From NCBI RefSeq assembly GCF_036321535.1, contig NC_087437.1:93250001-93314000 (forward strand): 64,000 nt of DNA. The letters are read 5' to 3'. The translations under genes were made by a program, and so were the position numbers. Of the stretch, positions 12,441-24,786 are shown piece by piece; position 1 is the first letter of the stretch; each line of letters opens with the position of its first letter. The notes beneath the pieces were generated by a model, which saw only the letters and a list, made by a program, of their open reading frames with translations, did not search any database and was not told the DNA's origin. Source of the stretch: Camelus dromedarius. Its lineage: Eukaryota.

Positions 12441-15400
12441 AGCCCGCCATTTCCTGTAAAATACTGCCATTTCCTTACTCCCCAATTCTTACCACCAGGG
12501 CATGTTGCTTGTCTTGCCTAGTTTTATGAAGAGAGGAAAAACAAAAAAGCTTTGAAAGACGGGAATGATGCAGACTGAACACACTGGAGTTGAAAGAGGT
12601 AAGAGATGCTCTGAGAAGTGCACTCCACATTTTCTACTCCACATCATCTGCAGACAGAGTAAAGGGGAACCCAAGTCCATTTTACAAGTGAGGGTGGCCT
12701 CAGTAGCAAAAAGATGAGTTGAAAATATTTGTTTCGGGTGCATGCCTCTGGCACAAGAACTGGGTCCAGGGGAAAGGTTTCCCAGTAGTGCTCACACAGA
12801 TGGCACGAGCGGGCACAGGAGGGAGAGACTAGAGAAACCTTAAAGGGACATGTGTGGGAGGGTGCATAATGAAGCATGAAGAGGCTTTGGGAGTTCGTGG
12901 GAGTGATGGAGAGCAACTGTCTGAGTCTGTGGGCGTGGAATGGCACGAATGCTTAACCAGGCAACCTCCGTTCATATGAATATATAGATACTGATTGCTT
13001 CCCTAACTCATCATCTATTATGTTTTAATTGTTTTCCTCCAAGCTTTTTGATGTTTATCTGCAGTGGTAGTGCAGCTAGAGGTACACAGTTTACTTCGTA
13101 CAACCTTCCTGCCACAGGTTTTCTTTCATTTTCACCTGTGGCTTAAAGCACTGGTTTCAGTGGCACTCAGGTGAGTGACCATTGCTTCCTGACAATTTAT
13201 GAAGTAGAATGAGTGGTTTATAAGAAGCCTAAACTCTTCCTTTTTATACTAATAGCTGTATTTCACTTTCTATGTATTTACCTGTGAGATACTTTTTAAT
13301 TTTTTCTCCTACCAGGATAGGAACTGTGCATAATTGCCAAGAGAAAGGCAAGCTTATTTGATACTGTTGTTTGAGAGCAAATAAAAACTAAGTATTGGAA
13401 AAAAGAAGAACTTGGAATTTGATTAAGAAGTGGAGGGCCTTAAGTGACACTCGAGTGCCTTCGGCTGGAGTTTCAAAAAGTTGGCAAGGGAATTGAATCC
13501 CCCAGAGCTCAGGCTTATGACGGCAAGAATAAAGCTATTTTTATCCTCTAGGCGACAGCTTTCCTCTGCCAAATTTCCCAAGACTCATACAATGAGAGCA
13601 TCCATCCCAAAATGATTAATGCAAATTTAGTAATTGTGCATATGGATCATTTCTCTGTCACCCATTTTATCCATTAAAACGTGCCTTTCTCTCTATGCAG
13701 GCATTGCTCGTGTTTCATGCCATTCACCTGTTGCTGGGGGCACGGAACAAATTACCTCTTTGTGCGAGGCTGTGGGAAGAAGAAATTATCACATTTGTGG
13801 CTGGCACCCACTACTAAGCCAAGCATGCAATTATTTGAATCAGAATGACTGCACGCACAGAGTCAGATTTTTCTTGGCTATCAGAAGGATGGTGTATGAG
13901 GTCTGATCCACAGCTGGACAATTTTCCAAAGAGGAGATAGGTGGGAGGATATAGGCCTCAGTAAAAGAAGATACATTTTTGGCAGCAAAGACAAATTCAA
14001 AAGAAGCCAATGAGACCTCAGGGGTTCTGGCTTTTGTAAAATTGAAGTGAAGTGAGTACAAGTGCAAGGTTTTGAGTCGAGATCCCTGGGGAAGCTAATC
14101 AGAAAAAGAAGTATTGTGTTGCCAGTCTCACAGTGCGGACTCCCCCCAAAGTACTTCACACGAGGCCCTCGAACTTAATCAGCCCACATGTCTCAGAGGA
14201 GTAAACTGGAAGGCCCCCCAGGCTTGTGATACCCTTTCAAGTTTCCAGGAAGGATTGATGCCTGCCTAATAGGGCCTTTTTGGAAACGATGAGCTCCTAT
14301 TCAGAGGGTACCAATCATCCTGAGGCTGTGTGCAGTCTGAGCTTTAGATCGACAGTGTAGGGTAGAGTAGATGTAGTAAGGTATGGGCCTCCTGCATTGA
14401 AGCCATTTGCTGCTTAAACGTCCCACTGCTTGCTGACACTCCCATTCATTAATCCGAGACACTACGTGATTTCTCTACACTCCACTGCCATGTTACAGCA
14501 GAGCGTCTACCAAATTTTTCTTGTAAACCGCAGGCTGTCAAGCAGATTTTCTGAAACAAACATGATCTTTTAAGTGCCAGTAAATGGTGGTGGATTAAAA
14601 ACAAATGAATTTTCCGTATGGGGAATTGGAAGAGACTTGTACCAACAACACATGGCTACTTATAAGTGCCACCAAAAGATGTTAGGCATAGAAAATAGTG
14701 ACCTAATGTGTCCCTTTCTCAAATGCCTGGCAGCTAAACTTTTTGAAAAGCAGTTGACTTCAAACCACACCTTTAAGGACTTTTGACTGTCTCCCCATAT
14801 TACTTTAGGATAAATTGGGAAAATGATAGTAATGATGACAACAAAACACAGCATATAAAAATGGAATGTTTCAGTTGATAGGATTGTAGGACAGAATTGC
14901 CAAAGGCATTGAAATGGACAAAAACCCAAAATTACTGAGGACAGAAAGGATAGAGCACGTTTTCCTGGTTATCTGGTTCTATCTGGTTCTAATCCTTCCA
15001 TCCTCTTTGAGATACTTAGCAATGCAAATAATTCCTATGCATAGAAATGAAAATGAATTTTGTCCGGGATGCATCTGATTATTGCCCTATGGATATTCAT
15101 TAGATTTACATCTATTTGCAAATTTATTTCAGCATTCTTGATTGCCTTTATATGCCTGAGTTGTTTGAGTTCTCCTTTGAACCAGTTGTAACAGCTTATT
15201 GGTTCCCTCATTAATTCATGAGTTAAATAAAATATTTGGCACATGTTCATTTTATATTTCTATGCAAGTTATGATATTAACTTTTAAAAATAATCATTTC
15301 AGGAGTTTTTTTTAAAAATGAATACTGAGAAGACTGTGATGAAAAATGATGTTCTCCAAAAGAAAACATAGGTACCCCACCCAATGGGAGAAAATGAACA

Positions 15401-15771
15401 AGGAATAACTTTGGAGAGTGACTTGAAAAAAACACATGCTCATTAATGAAATCAAACTATCAAACTATCTTTAATAGAAAAATGATATATTATAGTTGTC
15501 TTATGTTTAACATCAGCCTGAGCTTAATGCTTAGCAAATGTGCATTCAATAAATGAAACCTTGGGAAAGTTCTTTTTAATTAAACTGTAGTGTTCAAGAC
15601 TTTCTAAGTTATAACCTAAAGTTACAATCTTCTCTACATTTAAAGCTTTATACACACTGTACTTCAGTGAAACTAGACTACTTTCTGATCCTAGGACGCG
15701 TGAAGTGCTTTGCTTTGCAAAAACCTTGGAATGCCCTCCATTTATGTAGAAATGTTATCCATTCTCTAACA

Positions 15772-16050
15772 CAGTGCTTCTCAACCTCTGTGTTGAAGAC
15801 CAATTTTTTTGAAGGTCCCTATTCAATCATACTCCAACATTGCAATATAAAAACATGAATTGCTAGAAATTGGAAATAAATATAAAAAGTCTTATAAATT
15901 GTCTTATTTCATTATTATTATATTCAAAGCACATTTTCAAATGGCTATAAAAGTTTCTAAACTCTTTGAATCTCTGTACTTATGTCATCATAGGTCAGTG
16001 ACAAACATTTCAATGGCTCAAGTCAGTGGACCTCTGCTGGGTAAACAGCA
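15772..16050. mobile_element. hAT-Charlie-like non-autonomous DNA transposon relic
   Basis: Begins cagtgcttctcaacct, a Charlie-type TIR. The interior is AT-rich and the right end is decayed. Confidence 0.45.
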
Positions 16051-18059
16051 GAGCGTAATTTTCCTCAGAAGTGCTATCTGACCCAATTATTTATTTTCCT
16101 GTGTGTCTCTAAATGAAAGTAATCTAAACTTTATTTGAAAGCAGTGGTTCAATGTTATTTTTTGCACAAAAAATAAGACTTAATTCCCACTGTATTAGAG
16201 TTCTTCAATAATTACAGTTTTCCCTTGAGGAAAACTCCAGCCCAAACTCTGGCACTAAATGTTCAAGTAAATATTTGTTGAACTGCAATTTTCTTAAATC
16301 TCTTGTTGGAAATAGATTTTCAAAATTGATGTTAAATGCCTATTTTTTTCCTTTCCCCCCTTTTCTGCTTCAGTTAATTATATTAGAGAGAAAGCCATGC
16401 CTCAAAGTAGGAGTCTTTGACATGCCTTCTATGAGAATGATTCCAAGTACATTAAACATAAGAATTTGAATATCTATTATGATTGACAATATTCCCAAAT
16501 GTATTGAACTCCTGTAGCACTCCTGCTCTGCCTGCCTGTTTTCCTTTGAGCCGAGGTAGACATGGCTTTTACTTTCATTCATTAAATGCTTATTTTTTAT
16601 GTCCCCTGTTACCTTAAGTTCTCCAAAATTAAGTCTCCTCCTGGTAGTCTTCCTTGACCTGTTTTTAATCTTATTACTCATATTAGATAAGGATTGTATT
16701 TCTCAGTGTTTCTCAGTCTGCACCTTCCTTCTTGTCTCCACTGACCATACCTTGGTTCTGGGCATGATCTAAATTTACAGTTGTGCAATAGCCTTCATCT
16801 ATATTTCATCACATAGTATGTACTTTGGAGGATCTTTTCTTGTCAATTTAAAAAGAAATTACTTATGCCAGTTCCAAAATAAACATAACACCAATAATCT
16901 CAAAAAGAGCCAAAAATAAATCATAAAGAATGGGTGGGATCATTTAAGCATAAGGGGCTCAACCCCCATACTAGCCCATTGATGTTAGGTTTCTTGTATC
17001 ATTAAAAAAAAATTATGTAAGTTTATGGTGACATTGATGATCAAATAAGGGTAGAAGTTTTTCATGTAAATACTCTCAGGAAAAAATGTACTTTTAGATG
17101 TAGAATCCCCTATAAGTAAACATATTATGAATATGAGAATAATCATAGCAATAGTGTATTTAGTCACAGAATGTTGTGTTTTAGAAACAATCAATTCTCT
17201 GTTTCTAAATGTTGATGTTAGAAACTCAAATCACTGTGCAGAAGGAGTTTGAGGATAGAAAATATTTAATGCCTTAGAAGAACTGAATGGAAGTAAATGA
17301 CACCATACTAATCATTTTGATAGTGACACTGGATATGTGAGCTTTTGTATTGCCTGATTATTAAGTTGATTCACAGCCATGTATGTTTCCTGCAAATTAA
17401 GAATCTAACAGATTTGTAGGTTCTTAATTCAAATTATGAACACCACTTGTGAATCCAGCTAGCCTTGTTTGCAGTATGTTTTGTGGAAGCTGTTAGAGTA
17501 GTACTGAGAAGGTGCCAAAGGTTACTTTACTGACAGCTATCAGTAAGATATGCTAGCCCGAGGATGACATTTTTCTTGCAAGAATAGAGTAAAGCTAATC
17601 AGATACCAAAGTCCATTATCTGATGAGAGGTAAACAAGTGACAGTATCACAGCTGACAAAATGAAACACAGTCCTGTGAGAGCATTGTCTAAGAAAATGA
17701 AGAAAAGTGAATATGAAAGAAAAGTCTCTCAAATAAAGTGAAAAGAACTAACCTTTTCCTTTGGACCATACAATGGATCATTTTTTTTTACATAATTATA
17801 TTAGGGACAATTTGAGAGTTAAACTATAGGAGTTATAAAAGTCAACAAAGTTGCTATGCCATTCTAAAATGGAAGTTTCAAATATTATTGAGATATTCAC
17901 AATGGGTAAATAAGTAATGGGACTGACACTTTATCTTAATTTAAAATCTACGTGTTTCCTTGATCTGGAACCTTAAAACTTTAAACTACATTTAAAACAG
18001 AATATATGCTTGCTGTTTTTGCTTGGGGAGAGGCCAAGATGCTGAAAAAAAGATTTTAA

Positions 18060-18490
18060 AATGTAAAAGCTCACAAAAGACAGGTATTTATTTCTCTCTC
18101 AGGGAACACCAGTTCTCAGTGGCTTAAAGAAGGTAAAAAAGTAGATGCCCAGCTTCATGGTGCTCAGTGTGGCTTCACAGCGCACTGTTGCCTTGGTGCA
18201 ATCCTCACTGCATGGCCAGAGCTGGCTTAAGTCCATCCCACAGCCTATTGGAAGGAAAAAAGGTCAAGATACAAAACAAACAATTTTTTATAAAGAAATG
18301 TCCAGGCAATTGCATACCTGATCTCTGCTCACTTTTCATTGCTAGAGCTTAGTCGCGTGATCCTACTTAGTTGCAAGAGAGGCTGGGGAACGTGGTCTCT
18401 AGCTGGCCCTCTGTGAGCCTTATTAGAACTCAGCAAAGAGCAGGGAGAAGGGGAAAGTAAATACTGGAGAAATACTTAGTTTTTACTGCA
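18060..18490 (-). mobile_element. MaLR LTR (old MLT1J/K-type)
   Basis: Contains the characteristic motif tctgctcacttttcattgctagagcttagtcgcgtgatcctacttagttgcaagagaggctggggaacgtggtctctagctgg. Confidence 0.75.
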
Positions 18491-18596
18491 TATGTATGTG
18501 ATTACAATTAAATATAAGTTTCAAATGAAAAAAAAAATCCCTCTAGTCCTACTCCTACTGCTAATTTTTTTGTGTGCTTTTCAGATATTTTTATAT

Positions 18597-19142
18597 TGAA
18601 GGGATTCTAGAACAAACCACCCCTTTACCGTATTGATTTTTGAGCTGAAGTCACTTGAGAAAGAGCAGAAGCAGGAAGGGTTCTCTGACCTCTCTCTTTC
18701 TACCTAACAGCAGGTTATAAAATTTTCCATGAGAACTATTCCCTCCCTGTACCAGAAAGAGAAATTCTTATCACCAGAGACTGGGAGTTGACACCAAAAT
18801 GGATCTGTACAAACAAACCTGCTCAAATAACTCTTGTCTTCCATTACTTTCCCCTATGTCTTTCCTAGTCATTGTCCCACAGTTTATTGTCCCTAGCCCA
18901 AACCATTTGTCTTGTCATGTTTCCATAATTTATCATTCTTTGTTTAGAAAGGTATATAGCTTTTAGGCCTGATGGCTCCTTCAGGTCTTCATTTTTTTTT
19001 TTTTTTGAAGACTTCTGTGTACACATAAAAATATTAAGTAAGATGTATATATTTTGTCCTATTAATCTGTTTTATGTCACTTTAATTTACAGGTTGAATA
19101 ACAGAACCTAAGAGGGTAGAAAGAACTTTTTTCTTCCCTAAA
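18597..19142 (+). mobile_element. MER34-family (ERV1) solo LTR
   Basis: Starts tgaagggattctagaacaaaccacccc and ends cctaagagggtagaaagaactttttt cttccctaaa (terminal CA decayed). A 4-bp TSD atat lies at 18593-18596 and 19143-19146. An internal TATA-like ggtatatagc is present. Confidence 0.85.
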
Positions 19143-19199
19143 ATATTCACAGAAAAAATACACAGATTATAGTATTTTCCTCTTTTCTTAGAGTGTCTT

Positions 19200-19920
19200 T
19201 GACTATACATATAATGTGTTTTGTTACTTAATGGATCTTGGAAATATTTCTATATCAGCATATACATATGTCTTTTTCCTCTCTTTAATAGCTGTACAGT
19301 GTTCAGTTATATGAATGAGCCATGATTTACTCAGCTTCTTGCTTTTGGATATTTTGATATCATCAAGACATTTCTTTTTCTTTTTCTTTCTCTTTTATGA
19401 CCAATTCTGCCATGAACTTCCTTGTATATACCTTTTTGTATAGGTGTGTGAATATATCTACGTACATTTCTTTTCCTAATACCTCCACTGAATATGATAT
19501 ATATTTCAAGAAATGGGCGCATTCTAAATGTGCAGTTTGATGAGTTTTTGTAATGTATGCAGTCATGCAAAGATAGTGACAATCTAATATTAGAATACTT
19601 GCTTCCCCTGTAAAAAGTTCCTTTTTGCCCCTTTGCAGTCAATCCCTGCTCCTACCCAGCCCTAGGCAGCTAGTTATTTGCTTTCTGTTGCTGTAGATTT
19701 GACTTTTCTAGATGGTTCACATAATAGAATCATGTCGCACACCTCTTGTTTTGCCTGCCTTCTTTCATTCATCCTAATTATTACTTTAAAATATTGTTTT
19801 ATTTTGAAATAATTTTAGACTTGCAGAAAATTTTAAAAATAGTATAGAATTAATATAGCTTTCCTTAATGTTAACAGCTTGCAAGCCACAGTCCAATTAT
19901 CAAAACCATGAAATTAGTCA
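19200..19920 (-). mobile_element. Cluster of old LINE-1 3' fragments
   Basis: Reverse L1 3'UTR motifs: aaatgtgcagtttgatgagttttt, cctttgcagtcaatccctgctcctacccagccctaggca and tttattttgaaataattttagacttgcagaaaa. Confidence 0.7.
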
Positions 19921-20440
19921 TAAAATAGTGTTTTAATTTTACATGTATTGTTCTTAATAAAAACCAAACTAAGTCAACATTCAAATGTATTTATATCAGT
20001 AATTATGGTGTATGGTCTTACAGAAAATTAGTAAATTATTGTTTAAATAGTAGAATAATAAGTAGAACACCAATTCATTAATTTTACTTGTTTTTTTCCT
20101 GCCAGTATCTTGCTTGAACTTTTTGTTTTACTATTACTGTTTCTAATGGCTTCATTTTTAATTTGCAAAAAGTGTCTTTTTAAAAGAGTTCCTACCCAGA
20201 CTTTGCTCTTTATTGTTAATTTTACTGTCTGTTTTCACTGTTAAACCCCAGATTTCAAAAGATTATATCTATACACATGTAGATGCTTTTATGTAAGATA
20301 AATGAAACATGATGATTAATAAGTTAAATACCCATGTTTCCACCTCCAGGCTCAAAAAATTAAATATTACTAATAGAGCTGTCTTCCCCTCTGTTCATAA
20401 GTTTGCTGGTGGTTTCTTCACCAAAATGCTTGTTCATGTC

Positions 20441-21043
20441 TTTTTTTTTTAACATTTTTTATTGATTTATAATCATTTTACAATGTTGTGTCAAATTCCA
20501 GTGTTCAGCACAATTTTTCAGTTATTCATGGACATATACACACTCATTGTCACATTTTTTTCTCTGTGAGTTACCATAACATTTTGTGTATATTTCCCTG
20601 TGCTATACAGTGTAGTCTATTCTACAATTTTGAAATCCCAGTCTATCCCTTCCCACCCTCCACCCCCCTGGTACCCACAAGTCTGTATTCTCTGTCTGTG
20701 AGTCTATTTCTGTCCTTTATTTACGCTTTGTTTTTGTTTGTTTGTTTGTTTTTGTTTTTTAGATTCCACATATGAGCGATCTCATATGGTATTTTTCTTT
20801 CTCTTTCTGGCTTACTTCACTTAGAATGACATTCTCCAGGAGCATCCGTGTTGCTGCAAATGGTGTTATGTTGTCAGTTTTTATGGCTGATTAGTATTCC
20901 GTTGTATAAATATACCACATCTTCTTTAACCAGTCATCTGTTGATGGACATTTAGGCTGTTTCCATGTCTTGGCTATTGTAAATAATGCTGCTATGAACG
21001 TTGGGGTGCAGGTGTCATCCTGAAGTAGGGTTCCTTCTGGATC
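20441..21043 (-). mobile_element. Young camelid LINE-1, 5'-truncated (~600 bp)
   Basis: Poly-T tail, then aacattttttattgatttataatcattttacaatgttgtgtcaaattccag. The minus-strand ORF gives the intact ORF2 C-terminus [41 protein letters not shown]. Confidence 0.95.
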
Positions 21044-21064
21044 TTTCTTTCTTTCTTTCTTTCT

Positions 21065-22250
21065 CACATCTTCTTTATCCATTCATCTATCAATGGGAAC
21101 TTAGGTTGCTTCCATATCTTGGCTGTTGTGGATAATGCTGCAATGAACACAAAGTGCATATATCTTTTTGAATTAGTGCTTTTGTTGTGTTTGGAACAAT
21201 ACCCAGAAGTGAAATTGCTGGAACATATGGTAGTTCCATTTTGTGAGGAACTTCAAAATTGTTTTCCATACTGGCTTCACCAATTTACATTTTCACTAAC
21301 AGTGCACAAGGCTTCCCTATTTTTCACATCCTCACCAGCACCTGTTGTCTCTTGTCATCTTAATGATAGCCATTCTAACTGGTGTGAGGTGATATCTTAT
21401 TGTGGTTTTGATTTGCATTTCCCATTTCCCTGATGATTATGCTGATTGCCTTTCATGTGCCTGTTGGCCATCTGTCTTCTTTTGAAAAATGTCTATTCAT
21501 GTTCTTTACCCATCAGGTTGTTTTTTCCTAATGTTGAGTTGTATGATTTTTTGGGTGTATTTTGAATATTAACCCCATATCAGATATATCATTTGCAAAT
21601 ATCTTTTCCCATTCAGTAGGTAGCCTGACTTTTTTGTTTTATTACCAGTTTTCTTCACTGTGCAAAGCTTTTTAATTTGATGTAGTCCCATTTGTTTATT
21701 TTTGGGTTTTTTAAAAAAATTTTTTTCCCCCTGTGGGGAAGGTAATTAGGTTTATTTATTTTTTAGAAGAGGTACTGGGGACTGAACCCAGGACCTCATG
21801 CATGCTAAGCATGCGCTTTACCATTTGAGATATCCCTTCCCTCACCATTTGTTTATTTTTGTTTTTGTTTCCCTTGCCTAAGGAGACAAATCCAAAACAT
21901 ATATTGCTAAGACCAATATCAAACAGTGTACTCCCTATGTTTTCTTCTAGGAGTTTCATGGTTTTAGGTCTGACATTTAGGGCTTTAATTCCATTTTGGG
22001 TCTATTTTTTATATAATGTGAGAAAGTATTCCAGTTTGATTCTCTTGCATGTAGCTGTCCAGTTTTCCCAGCACCGCTTATTCTTGTCTCTTTTGTTGTA
22101 GATTAATTGAGTAAATAAGTGTGGATTTATTTCTGGGCTCTCTGTCCTGTTACATTGATCTGTGTGTCCATGTTCTATGTTTTTGTGCCAGTACTATACT
22201 GTTTTGAGTACTGTAGCTTTGTAGTGTAGTTTGAAATCAGGGAGCATTGA
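21065..22250 (-). mobile_element. Older LINE-1 ORF2 3' fragment, interrupted by a SINE and lacking its own 3'UTR
   Basis: Reverse ORF2 motifs ggtgtgaggtgatatcttattgtggttttgatttgcatttc and tactgtagctttgtagtgtagtttgaaatcaggga. The minus-strand peptide includes KLLEENIGSTLFDIGLSN. Confidence 0.9.
21705..21844 (-). mobile_element. Camelid vic-1-type SINE nested in L1
   Basis: Reverse of GAGGGAAGGGATATCTCAAATGGTAAAG...GTCCTGGGTTCAGTCCCCAGTACC. A perfect 17-bp TSD ccatttgtttatttttg lies at 21688-21704 and 21845-21861. Confidence 0.95.
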
Positions 22251-23954
22251 ACCATAACATACATACTTTTTGAAGGGATTTAGGGAGTTCATGGCTAATA
22301 GCAGTACTCACATTCACTGTAAAAGAGTGTCCATTTTGTTTCAGATTTTCCCAGTCTAGCTCAACAATTCATAACATCCTATCCTTTTGAGAAAAACTTT
22401 GCAATTAGAGAGGAAACTGAATAGTTTTCACCTTCACTAAAACTCTTGGATGACGATTTTTTAGGTATATCTTTAGTTATTGATATGTAGATTGGCAAAG
22501 TAGGCTAACTATAGTGTAGTGATCAGCATACTTATTTTGATATTAATTCATGCTTTTTCATGTATTATTAGTTTCTTTTTACTCTTTCATTGTGTGGTTA
22601 TAGACAATTTTATCAATATAACAAATAATAAAGAAAATAAATGTACCTAAAATCCTATTATCAAGATAACACTATCATTTTGGAGTATAGTATATATTTG
22701 AGATAGTTTCCTGTGTTTACATACCCACTTGTGAATATTTAGTCTTCCTTCTCCAAACAAAATCATATTATATATACTTTATTATTATTTCTATTTATTT
22801 AATAATATAGCATGTACATTTTTATATTTAAATGAATTTTGACTTTTCTCATAGTTTAATATTTGACAAGTCCTTTATAATTATTTTCCATTCATTACTA
22901 TCACAAAAATGCCCTGATTAAGATCTTCTTAAATGTAAATTGCAATGTTTCTGGATTGTTGCCTTAATATTAATTTTTGCTCCATGCTTATAGCAGTACT
23001 TGTTTGGCTTCATTTGGAATTGAAAAATCAGAAGCCTTGTTGCTGGTCTACTGGGGATCCAGGCTCATGATAATATTGAGGTGCTTATCAACATCATTTG
23101 CCTATTTTTATCAATAAAGACTGAGGGAAGAAACCACAGGTGAGCATTTATGTGCACATGTGCAAAAGCCCACACACATAGTCACCTACATGAAAAATCT
23201 ATGACTAATTGAAAATTCAATTCTTTTACTTTTTTCCATTTGCAGAAAAAATAGGCTATTTAAGTCTACTCCTAGTTAACCATAGTTAATGGAACGTGAC
23301 ATGATTGAAGCCTGGGACAAGTCCCCTGGGCAAGAAGCTACAGATATGTGGAACACCAAGAAACTAAGTCACTCCTCAGTCAGGGGCAATTACACTGACA
23401 CCTAAGAAAAATAGCATTAGAGGTGCTTGACAGTTGGAATGAAGTAAAGGATTATCAAAAATGCTGTATGCCAGGTTCATGCCTAAGGCAGATGACCTGG
23501 TTGACAAGCTTGCCCAAGCTAACTATATTAACGCTTCAGATCAGTGTAAGGGGAACTAGCAGCACTTGTCCTTAACTAATCGTGTTAAAATTGTTAACAG
23601 ATTCTGTGTCTGCTTTCCTGCTGTATAACTATTCATCAATAGGGTGAAAAGGAAGGTTCACTCAAAATGATTAGGGTATATGCTTTTTCTTTGGGCACTG
23701 TAAGAATACATGAGCTTCTTTTGCTTTTTTTTTTTTTTTTTAAGTTTCTGGTTGTTTCTCTGGTAAGTAAGACTCTCCTATAACAACTAATCTTTTTTTA
23801 TTTAAAAGAGAAAATAAAACTGCTTGATGCATCTGTCAGTTCTGAGGGTTGTGCTATGCAAGTTGTAAACTCCAAATCTGGGTCATATATTTCTGTTGGA
23901 AAGCATAGGGTTCAAAATTTATAGAGTGAAATGCTATTGAAAACTTGCTCAAGT

Positions 23955-24112
23955 TTCTCATTACAAGAAAAAAAAATCCGTAACTCTGTATGGTGACAGG
24001 TGTTAAGTAGACTTATTGTGGTGATAATTTTATGATATATATCTATAAAAATTGACTCATGTTGTACACCTGAAACCAATATAATGCTGTAGTCAATTAC
24101 ACCTCACTTTTT
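23955..24112 (+). mobile_element. Short LINE-1 (L1MA-type) extreme 3' end
   Basis: gtaactctgtatggtgacaggtgttaagtagacttattgtggtgataattt...tgttgtacacctgaaaccaatataatg. Confidence 0.85.
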
Positions 24113-24772
24113 AGAAATGTGCTCAGTGTGAATATAAATCCTTAACCAATTATTCAGTCTTGGGGTTTAAAATTGTGACTATCAATTAAGTTTATGTTTG
24201 ATATTGATTAGGTAACTTCTTTTCTCTATGGCAAATAGTTCAGTCACATTTGTTCCTGGGAGAAATTGAATTTTTGAATAATCTAAAAATTGCCTTACAA
24301 GCTGGTTTTTGAAACCTCTAAAACACATGTCTATACATGATTCTGCTATATTAGATCTGGGTTTATTTCCTGATATCTTAGGGAAGTAAAAACTGTTTAC
24401 TTGTTGAAAGTAAAAATAATATTCTTTTTGGGTCAACTCACATAGCAATCAAATTAGAAGTAACTTAGATTATGTCTTTTCTTCATATCAACACCACATT
24501 TCTCTTCGGACAGGACTTGGATTGATTTTTATGAAAAATATAAAAACCTGCTTAAGTCTAATCACCTGATTCTCAGTTTTTCTCTATCTCAATAATGGAG
24601 ATAACTTTTATTTGAATAATGGCCTCATTCTCCTGAGAACAAGAAGGCACTGTAGCCACCATCCAGCTGCTTCTGCAAACCTTGCGGTCAGGTCCTGCAG
24701 TACGCTCAGAGATGAGATCTGGCTTCGCTGACCCCAGATACACAGGGAGTTGACTTGCTATTTCCCTTTCAT

Positions 24773-24786
24773 CCACTAGGTGACAC
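24773..24786 (+). promoter_or_regulatory. Candidate CTCF binding site
   Basis: CCACTAGGTGACAC matches 13 of 14 positions of the core consensus CCASYAGRKGGCRS. It lies in non-repetitive, CpG-retaining sequence. Confidence 0.4.

Noticed and set aside
13111..13142. 9-bp hairpin gccacaggt/acctgtggc
   Set aside because: Several 9-bp stems are expected by chance in 64 kb, and it is too short for a pre-miRNA.
1..19142. Idea that the env relic and the MER34-like LTR belong to one provirus (HEMO-like)
   Set aside because: They are ~17.5 kb apart, and the LTR has its own TSD on both sides, so it is an independent solo LTR.
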